DNA of 63,336 nucleotides, filler included, from Octopus bimaculoides (lineage: Eukaryota): the NCBI RefSeq assembly GCF_001194135.2. It is 4 parts of 4 records of this genome, joined end to end, with 100 filler letters (N's around TTAATTAATTAA, not from the genome) between each part and the next. Parts side by side here need not be neighbours in the genome. Positions count along the whole stretch, not along the records: positions 45,694 to 60,787 come from NC_068982.1; positions 60,888 to 63,336 come from NC_068990.1; 2 more parts are not named here. One strand, written 5' to 3'. The translations under genes were made by a program, and so were the position numbers. The notes under the pieces are model-generated. The model saw only the letters and a program-made list of their open reading frames with translations, was not told where the DNA came from and made no database searches. Position 1 is the stretch's first letter, and the number at the start of each line of letters is the position of its first letter. This document shows positions 53,756 through 63,336 of the stretch, in pieces.

Positions 53756-53999
53756 TTTTTTTTTTTTTTTTTTTTTAGGTTACTTTTCCTCAGCCAATCA
53801 AACCTAAATTGTCCAACCAATTCTGTTGTGGCTACATGAAATTAATTGTGTAGTCGCTTCTTGCGTAATTCTTCTTCCTATGCTTTTTGTACCTCATCCT
53901 ATGCTCTCTCTTTTCTCTGCTCTTAGTACTCCCTCGTTCCTAACTGTCACTAGCTATGTTTTCTTCTATGAGCTAGGCATTTCATTAAGTTCTCGAGTT

Positions 54000-54180
54000 C
54001 GATCGGCACGCAGTCTTCTACATTTATCAGTTCGTCTTTACTTTTGCAGTTCAAATTCGCCCGTCTTTACGTTTGCAGTTCAAATTCGTTTGTCTTTACG
54101 TTTGCAGTTCAAATTCCACCGTTTTCGCTTCATCCTCGCCGGGTCAATGAAATAAGTATGAATAAGTACTGAAGGTCAAT
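54000..54180 (+). mobile_element. SINE family B with triplicated 29-bp B-box segment
   Basis: Units at 54033, 54062 and 54091. Confidence 0.7.
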
Positions 54181-54293
54181 TTTATCAACTAGCCTCATAC
54201 TCCTAGAAAGGATTAATCATATTATTTGTACTGAAGCTGCTGCTGCTACTACTGCGACAACTGCTGATGCTTCTGCTGCTGCCGCTACTATTT

Positions 54294-54347
<54 letters not shown>

Positions 54348-54358
54348 AAAACACCACC

Positions 54359-54395
<37 letters not shown>

Positions 54396-55119
54396 TCTTC
54401 ATCATCATCATCATTATCATTGCTTATCCCTATTCTTTTAACTTTATACTGTTAGGGAAAATTACTTCATTGTAAAGAAAAATCTACTGTGCGTTCGAAG
54501 TTCAGTATTTGTATGTATACATTTTTCTTTTTAAGTACTTCTTTTTTGTTAATTGCTGCTATTTTTATTTTGGCTTATCTCCAGATCTTTCATTTAATCA
54601 GCAGGAACTAATTGTTAATTCTGATATTTTATTTCTCTCTTTTTAAGCAATTTTTGATGTTCGTCATTTTTATGTGTTATATGTTTTCAAATTATTATTA
54701 TTGCATTTTGAGGCGTTTTTTTTTTTTTTTTCCTTTTACTTTCCTTCGTTTGATCATTTTTTGCCGTTTTATTGCTACATCCAATTGAATACTTTCTTTG
54801 AAATACAAATCCGCCCTCGCTCTGAAGGAGTAAATGAAAAAAAAAACAGAATAGGGTATATGTTTAGACTGGGGCTTTATCTCCTAAAGGAGATTTTAAT
54901 TTGGAATCTCAAATTGTGCGTCCGCTTTGATCTTAATATTTTAATTGTGGCTTACATTTCTGTATGCGTGTGTGTATGCATGTATGTACACTGATATATA
55001 CATGCTAACGAACATCAGTACATATGTGGGATGAGGATATTAGTATATATAATAATATCAGTGGTTTTGCATGCATGAAAAACATATATATGTATGTAAA
55101 CAACTACCTTCATATAAAG

Positions 55120-55318
55120 GTAGCTGGCAGGATAGTTCAAACGCGGGGCAAAATATTTAGCGGCATTTCATTCATCTGTATGCTCTGATTTCTGCCGAGG
55201 TCAACATTGCCTTTCATCCTCCAGAGGCCGATGAAATATCTGCCAGTTGAACCCTACTGCCGATGTAGTCGACTGGCCTCTTCCCGAAACTGATGGCCTT
55301 GTGCTAATATTTGACTCG
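55120..55318 (+). mobile_element. SINE family B
   Basis: Diverged match to other copies. Confidence 0.7.
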
Positions 55319-55350
55319 ATTATGTATGTGTGTACATGAATGCATGCATA

Positions 55351-55427
<77 letters not shown>

Positions 55428-55439
55428 TGAATAATATTT

Positions 55440-56520
55440 CATTAGAACCCCAACCAACATGGGTTCCCTAATGGAACGAACATTTTGAGAGCTTTGGCAG
55501 AGGGCTCCAACGCCGATGTCATCTGCTTTGATTTCAGCAAGGCTTTTAACCGGTTTCATCATAAGATACTCTTGAAAAAACTGTTCAGCATTGTTGTCTC
55601 TGGAATGTTACTACAATGGATCAAATATTTTGTAACAGACAGAACCCAACTCGCTGTAGTCAAGGAGTAAAATCATGCCCAAAGTCAGTAGTGCTGTTCC
55701 ACAACGCACTGTGTTGGGCCCACTTCTTTTCATCATCTACATTAATGACATTACTGACGTATTCCTGAACACCAACATAATGGGTGATTGGACATGCCGT
55801 CAGTCAAATCTGCTGGTTGTTATCCAATGGACGAAAAAGAATACGCTGCTGAACAGGGACAAATTGAGTTAATCCTCTTCGAAATTAAGGATACTCTGAA
55901 GCCCCCACATTCCCTTCATTCAGGTGATACTCACATGGCGTTCAACAACCTCAGGATCTTGGGAGTGATTCTGAACAACAACATAAGCTGGGTCGCTCAT
56001 ATAGACAGCAAAATCGACATGGCTCGCAGAATGTGTTCCTGGATTCTCAGAACTGCCCAGTCGAGAGATATACACAACGTTGTCTATCACTTCTCCACTT
56101 TTACCCGACTCCACCTTGAATACTGCTGTCCACTGTGGTCTCTCCATACGAAACAAAATATCATGAAAGTCGAAGCAACTCAAAGGTCAATTGGTAAAAA
56201 GGTAGATGAAATGACAGTCATTGTCTCCCGGTGTCAACTAGAAAGGCACAAGCCTTATTCTCTCCAACGCCGCTGTGTGCGCTACATCATCTGCATGATG
56301 TGGAAAATATTCCATCAGCATGTGCCCTGTGTTATCCATCCACAACATAAATCACACTCACATCTTATAACAAAAATAGGGCACAATTATTCCACTTCAA
56401 TTGACCCGGCTCCCTTTTACATTACACAAAAACACATTAAAGCATAAACAGAACCCATAAAGTTCAAGAAATTTTTAGACGTATTCCTTCAACAAAACAT
56501 ATATAAACCTCCTACACTCG
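55440..56520 (+). mobile_element. CR1-clade LINE RT to 3' end, degenerate
   Basis: DVICFDFSKAFNRFHHKILL, VPQRTVLGPLLFIIYIND, RLHLEYCCPLWS, KVEATQR, YSLQRR. Confidence 0.9.
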
Positions 56521-56681
56521 GATATGATTCCGTAAACGATAACTCTCTATTTGAGTGGGCCATGGTTTCCGAATCCTGATTTCAATGACTTCGCCAGGTG
56601 GTGCTATTAATTTAGAAATGGCCTGGGCCAATACTGGCCGAGACCTATGAGATTATCAAAGTATAAGTGTATGTGTGTGTG

Positions 56682-56719
<38 letters not shown>

Positions 56720-56724
56720 CGTGT

Positions 56725-56760
<36 letters not shown>

Positions 56761-57817
56761 ATAAACTTTTTGCGGATTTCTATTCTCCACACGAGAATCC
56801 ATATGGTTATGCAAAATAATTAAATAAATAAATAATTAAATAAATAAATTCGTGCATGTTTGAAGGCCTATTTAGCTGTTATTTTTGGCACATATCATGA
56901 CCACCTCATACTGCCTGTGTTTTAAGCATTTAATAAGCAACAAAAGGAACACGCAGTAAGTAGCTCGGATTGTTATAATGGAAACAGGTACCTGTATGTC
57001 TGTGAGTTTTGATTGGCTAAAATTGAAACTTTTAAAAGCTATTAACCCATGTTTTTTTTTTATTTTTTATTTTATGGCGAAAACGTGTTTCATGTGATTC
57101 ATTACTTTACAAAATTAGACCAATACACCAAATATGAAATCAATCAGAACAAAAATGGAAGAAATTGAAAAACTGGCAGCCAAACAGAAAAAAGTTCCTT
57201 GTTGAAAGTACGGTTGACTCTTCTCATTCAGAATACCAATCTTAAAATTGAGCTAAATATGTCCTCTTCTAAAATTTACATTACAAAAATCTCTGCTAGT
57301 GACGCACACGTATTTATGCACACTATAAGACTAAAAGGTAAGAATACACGTATGAAAATAACGGCTTAAATATTAACCAAAAAACCAAATGTTCGCATTC
57401 AGTGCAGTTGTCTTCCCTTCATAACTATTTTTAGCATTTTCGTGTGAAATTCTTGCTTTATAAATGTGTTGTATATGGTCCTTATTATTATCTTACCCAC
57501 CACCTAAAAGGGCAACAACAAAATTCGGTGATATTATTCTGCCATCATACAATAGGATATGTTGTTAGGTATTCGATATGGATAATTAATTAATCGAGCG
57601 TTCATGAATATTAAATTCACACAATACATTAAGCTTAGTAAATAGCTTTAACACACACACACACACACACGTACACACACATGCACTCACACATACACAC
57701 ACATAAACAAACACAAGCATATGCATATATGCAAATATACGTCCTTATATGAAGAAAATTACATTGAACGGTACACGTATGTACTTATATACATGCATAC
57801 ATATACACATACGTATA

Positions 57818-57864
<47 letters not shown>

Positions 57865-59552
57865 ATGTGTGTGTGTGTGCGTGTGCGTGTCAATGTATGT
57901 ATGTATATATACACATGCATATATATGTATGTGTATGTGTGTTTGTATATGTATATATCTGTGTATAGTAGCTGTACTCGCAACGATAGGTTTTCGCGTT
58001 ATTAGGTCTTATGACTTAGTAAATATCGATACGTAGATTATTTCAATATTATATGGATTACTTTCGACAGTAAAATAGTTAAATGGATATAATAGCATAC
58101 AAGGTATCACCGATTCTTTTATCTTTCCAAACACTGAGCATGACGAAAACGAATCCTTTGCTTTAAGTATGCTACTCCATATAAAAGGAAAGAAAATCAA
58201 AGATAGAAATCCGTCAATATTCTATTGAAACTTAATGTAAATTTTACGTAACCTGGACATGCTCAATGGTTCAGAAAGAATTTTATCAAATGACTGCTTT
58301 TTAACTGAACACGATGTTTTCTTTTTTTGCTTTTTGTTTATTCTTCCTATGCATTTTATGCTTTTGTTCTTGTGTTTTTACTTGTAAGAAATTGATCCTT
58401 TGTATTTTAATTGCATTGCACCTCGCTGTTTGAAATAAAATTAATGCTGAATGTTATTTTTGCTCTTCAAAAATTTAGGTTCAAACCAGTATTGTCTTCA
58501 TTAATATTACAAAATTGTAATTCATTAGATCGCTAGTGGTAGCGATCTCTTATACGATGTAGAGGAAAGGAAGTAGAAAAATCACGCCTGCACTCTCTTT
58601 ACCTCTTCTACATTCCCTATATTAATTTACCGCATCTCATGCACCTTCTAGAATAGAACAATTTAGGAATTTTTAAAATTTAGCGAGATATTACAGCGGT
58701 GGTGAGAGTACTGGGTTATATATAAATTTCAAATCTCTTTAAGCAAAAGAAGTTGGCAATGAAATCACTTTAATTAACATATCAATTGATGCATGACATG
58801 TGTCATTCTCATACACATAATTTTACAAAGGACATTTGTGTTTAACATAGCGCTGCTATCACAGCCATTGTCAATCGAAAATTTGTAATAAAGATTCACA
58901 TTTTCAGTACCTGCTTCCTTTAGTAAATGTTCCAATAAACATATTAACTGCCAGAGTGTTGTAAATTCTATTACCAAGTCTACATCACAGAAAATCGTGA
59001 TATTCATTTAAAAAATCATACTGAATAATTATGTTCTTATATTTGTCTCTATTTTAAAATTTTTCTGCTTCACAGGACAGTTTTAAATCAATGAACCACT
59101 GATTTTAGATTTGCAATGTTGTATAAAATTCACAAACACGTCACAGTCTCTTTTCATTTATATTCAGATCTTCTTAGAGTTGTTTTCAGCAAGGAAAGGA
59201 CTGGATTTTATTATTTTTATAAATTGAGTTCCTAGGAAATATGAAGATTGTATTTGTTTTCTTGAGATTTTTACATTGTTCGAGAATATTACGACTACTT
59301 TAAAGCAGGGTGGGGTCTTTTAGATATTCAATTTTATATTTTAACTTTCCAAGCATGAAATTCGGTGTTGGCATAGTGTATGTACACTGTACACAAACAT
59401 GTCTTGAGAAATAAAAGAAAACATTCAACTTTCAGGAACTCTCAAAATTCAATACTCGTGCTACCGCCAGTTTCTTTATGCATATATATGTACACACCAT
59501 ATTTATTTTCTACGATAAGTTTGGGTACACACACACACACGCACACACACAG

Positions 59553-59598
<46 letters not shown>

Positions 59599-59975
59599 GC
59601 GAGAGAGAAGAGTGAGAGGGAGAGTGGACAAAGAAAAGAAAAAGGGACTCAACACATTTCGTAGCAGCTAAATGTATCCTGATTCGGATACATGCGACAT
59701 AAAGTTTTGTGAGCTTCTAACAATTCATTAGAACCTAAGCTTGGACGAGAAGTCAGTGAAACTTTAAGTCACATAGGGCCGAATGATAGTGTTTATATAA
59801 TTTTAATAATAATTATAGTAACAATAATGTTATGTGTGTGTCTGTGTGTGTGTGTCTGTGTATGTTAAATAACAAACCGTATGGTTTATAGTTCTATATT
59901 TAAGAGATGAGGAATTATGTAAATTATGTAAATTAATTACATTTGACGGATATTTGTCCTCATCTTCTTTGTTGT

Positions 59976-60023
59976 TAACACAACGTTTCGGCTGATATAC
60001 TCTCCAGCCTTCATCAGGTGTCA
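59976..60023 (-). ncRNA. Minimal type-I hammerhead ribozyme motif
   Basis: UGACAC-CUGAUGA-A-GGCUG(10-nt loop)CAGCC-GAAA-CG-UU-GUGUUA: conserved core, helices I and II pair, palindromic helix III. Confidence 0.7.
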
Positions 60024-60125
60024 TGGAGAAATTTCGACCCTGCCCATGGGCATATGGCGTAGGGGTTAATAGCGCGGGCTACAAACCCCAAGATTCTGAG
60101 TTCGATTCCAAGCAGTGACCTGAAC

Positions 60126-60189
<64 letters not shown>

Positions 60190-60236
60190 TCGAAAAATAC
60201 CTTAGGAATGAGAACCCAGGTTCAAAATTTCCCCAA

Positions 60237-60282
60237 GACACCTGATGTAGGCTGGAATGTATATCAGCCGAAACGTTGTGTT
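60237..60282 (+). ncRNA. Second hammerhead motif with core variant CUGAUGU
   Basis: GACAC-CUGAUGU-A-GGCUG(10 nt)CAGCC-GAAA-CGUU-GUGUU. Confidence 0.55.
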
Positions 60283-60607
60283 AGCAACAAACAAGATGAG
60301 GACAAATATCCGTCAAATGTAAATAATGTAAATAGCGTATGGTTTATCCTTCGTAGCTTACGGGTGAAGCACGTTCACTTTCATTTTGTTCGTTGTCTAT
60401 TTTGGTTAATGAGAGTGATGGAAACTGGAAGATTCGAGAGATTTTATTAATCACAACAATTGTAGTATCGACCCCTCAACGGTGGGATAATTAGCATATG
60501 AAAAGGAGGAATCACGTGTGAGTGGAGAAACTGGAAAGGTCATTGGTTTGTGACGAAATATTTCCAGGCAGTAGACATAAAATAAGAATAATTACCAAAG
60601 GTGAAGA

Positions 60608-60772
60608 GGCGTAGGAGTGGCTGTGTCGTAAGTAGCTTGCTTACCAACCACATGGTTCCGGGTGCAGTCGCACTACGTGGCACCTTCGGCAAGTGTCTGC
60701 TATTATAGCCGTCAGCCGACGAAAGCCTTGTGAGTGGATTTGGTAGACGGAAACTGAAAGAAGCCCGTCGTA
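60608..60772 (+). mobile_element. SINE family A 5' part
   Basis: GGCGTAGGAGTGGCTGTG head, CCTTCGGCAAGTGTCT core. Confidence 0.85.
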
Positions 60773-60887
60773 TATATATATATATATNNNNNNNNNNNNN
60801 NNNNNNNNNNNNNNNNNNNNNNNNNNNNNNNTTAATTAATTAANNNNNNNNNNNNNNNNNNNNNNNNNNNNNNNNNNNNNNNNNNNN

Positions 60888-61051
60888 AGAAGAAGAAGAA
60901 GAAGAAGAAGAAGGAGGAGGAGAAGAAGAAGAAGAAGAAGAAGAAGAGGAAGGAGGAGGAGGAGAAGAAAAAGAAGAAGAAGAAGAAGAAGAAGAAGAAG
61001 GAGGAGGAGGAGGAGGAGAAGAAGAAGAAGAAGAAGAAGAAGAAGAAGAAG
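60888..61051. repeat. (GAA/GGA)n tract
   Basis: Pure purine triplets. Confidence 0.95.
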
Positions 61052-61325
61052 GAAATCGGTTTAACGCAATGGATAAAATGGAGATAACAATCCGATTATA
61101 TAACCTTACGCTCTTCAGAGTTAGCCGATATGGAAGGCAATATGACGACTGCGCTCTATTGTCGGAGGTGGATTCACACTACCAACAATAGAGAGCAGTC
61201 ACCATATTCCCTTCCATATCGGCTAACTCTGATGAACGTAAGGTTATATAATCGGTTTGTTATCTAACACTCCATGGTATCCCTTGCGCGAAATCGATTG
61301 GTAAGAGCAGCCGTGATTGGATATA
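61052..61325. mobile_element. Second copy of the foldback element, with a longer inner hairpin
   Basis: Shares the GATTATATAAC..TCAGAGTTAGC.GATATGGAAGG.AATATG arm core with the 23745 copy. Confidence 0.8.
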
Positions 61326-61344
61326 TAAAGCTAATACAGTTTGG

Positions 61345-61383
<39 letters not shown>

Positions 61384-62671
61384 ATATATTTGTAAGTTTG
61401 TATATGTGTGTGTATATTATGCATATGCATGTATGCACGTATGTATGTATGTATGTGTGACTAACGGAGCACGACATAGTGGTTAGAATGCTGCACGCAC
61501 GAACAGAAGAGAGGGCATAGACTCCTAGACCGGGCGGTGCATTGCACTGTTGAGCAAAACCTTTCAATTCAAGTTACCTGCGTTCACTGACATTCGAAAA
61601 ATACTGATTTCGTTAAGAATATAGGAAATTAGCTGAGCAGATTGTTCTACAAGAAGCTTTCGAACCCTATATGTATATATATATATATGTATATGTATAT
61701 ATNNNNNNNNNNNNNNNNNNNNNNNNNNNNNNNNNNNNNNNNNNNNNNNNNNNNNNNNNNNNNNNNNNNNNNNNNNNNNNNNNNNNNNNNNNNNNNNNNN
61801 NNNNNNNNNNNNNNNNNNNNNNNNNNNNNNNNNNNNNNNNNNNNNNNNNNNNNNNNNNNNNNNNNNNNNNNNNNNNNNNNNNNNNNNNNNNNNNNNNNNN
61901 NNNNNNNNNNNNNNNNNNNNNNNNNNNNNNNNNNNNNNNNNNNNNNNNNNNNNNNNNNNNNNNNNNNNNNNNNNNNNNNNNNNNNNNNNNNNNNNNNNNN
62001 NNNNNNNNNNNNNNNNNNNNNNNNNNNNNNNNNNNNNNNNNNNNNNNNNNNNNNNNNNNNNNNNNNNNNNNNNNNNNNNNNNNNNNNNNNNNNNNNNNNN
62101 NNNNNNNNNNNNNNNNNNNNNNNNNNNNNNNNNNNNNNNNNNNNNNNNNNNNNNNNNNNNNNNNNNNNNNNNNNNNNNNNNNNNNNNNNNNNNNNNNNNN
62201 NNNNNNNNNNNNNNNNNNNNNNNNNNNNNNNNNNNNNNNNNNNNNNNNNNNNNNNNNNNNNNNNNNNNNNNNNNNNNNNNNNNNNNNNNNNNNNNNNNNN
62301 NNNNNNNNNNNNNNNNNNNNNNNNNNNNNNNNNNNNNNNNNNNNNNNNNNNNNNNNNNNNNNNNNNNNNNNNNNNNNNNNNNNNNNNNNNNNNNTATATA
62401 TATATATATGTACATCCGTTATTTTATTATAACAAAGACATATCGGCTTCAAATTGATGTACTATTTAATATATTTGGTAGTGTTTGAATTTATTATTCT
62501 ACACTCAGAACAAACGGTCAGATAAACCCATTAATATCCAAATAAATCTCAAAACAACTTAACCGTGTGACACATTTGCTGACACATTTTACTTTCTTTA
62601 GAATCCTTATGACTTGAAGATGGCACACTTAAATATACACACCTGATAACAAAGTTCTACACGCATGAATA

Positions 62672-62890
62672 TATTCTTTTCTACTGTAGGGACAAGGCCC
62701 GAAAATTTTGGGAAGGAGGCCAGGCAATTAGATCGACCCCGGTATGCAACTGGTATTTAATTTATCGACCCCAAAAAGAATGACAGACAAAGTCGATCTC
62801 GGCGGAATTTGGACTCAAAAAGCAAAAACAGGCGAAATACCGTTAAGGATTTCACCCGGCGTGCTAAAGTTCCTGCCAGCTCGCCGCATT
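62672..62890 (-). mobile_element. SINE family B, near full length
   Basis: Matches the 46529 copy. Confidence 0.85.
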
Positions 62891-63336
62891 AAACGCATGA
62901 ATATATTGTAAACAGTAACACATGCCCAAGTTCAACAAATAAAATTCTCCATAACTTGCCTTCATTATCTATCATAACGCCTAATTAGCATTCAACAGGA
63001 CTCAGTGTACCTGAGAAAATTGCAACATAATAGAGACTACTTAAAATCAAGATGAACTCAAATACCTCACAGTTTGATGATCACTTATCAGCTCAAAACT
63101 TCGAAATCACAGCCTATACTAGTCGTTTTGAAGAATAACAAATACATACATACAATTACGTACATACATACATACATACAATCATACATACATATATATC
63201 TATATATTACATATAATGTATATATACATACATATCATATATAATGTATAGATACATATGTATGTATGAATGTATCTATATATATGTATATATATATATA
63301 CATGTATGCATGTATGTATGTATATTTATATATATA

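Larger units (their letters stand above)
59890..60335 (+). mobile_element. tRNA-headed SINE composite: inverted tail copy + tRNA-like head + (AAT)n + hammerhead-containing tail, with 12-bp TSD
   Basis: TSD CGTATGGTTTAT at 59878-59889 and 60336-60347; A-box TGGCGTAGGGG (about 60055) and B-box GAGTTCGATTCC (60098-60109). Confidence 0.8.

Overview
AT-rich, repeat-dense eukaryotic draft scaffold with several N gaps. The repeat families suggest a cephalopod, probably Octopus (inference). One complete protein-coding gene is recognisable: a 4-exon + strand CFAP276/C1orf194 orthologue (21363-38371, 190 aa), a ciliary microtubule inner protein. There is weaker evidence for the 5' end of an unidentified minus-strand gene near 9.3-10.2 kb and for an orphan exon at 44.1 kb. 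The rest is decayed mobile DNA (RTE, CR1, L1/Tx1, R4/Dong-like REL LINEs, Penelope, Tc1, mariner, several tRNA-derived SINE families), two tRNA pseudogenes, microsatellites and palindromes. The most unusual object is a single TSD-bounded insertion at 59878-60347. It is a tRNA-headed SINE whose tail folds as a minimal type-I hammerhead ribozyme and is duplicated in inverted orientation, which is Penelope-like architecture. Also notable are a foldback family whose arms are homogenised within each copy and repeated stacking of elements at (TAA)n arrays. All calls are by eye; no searches were run, and repeat boundaries are approximate.
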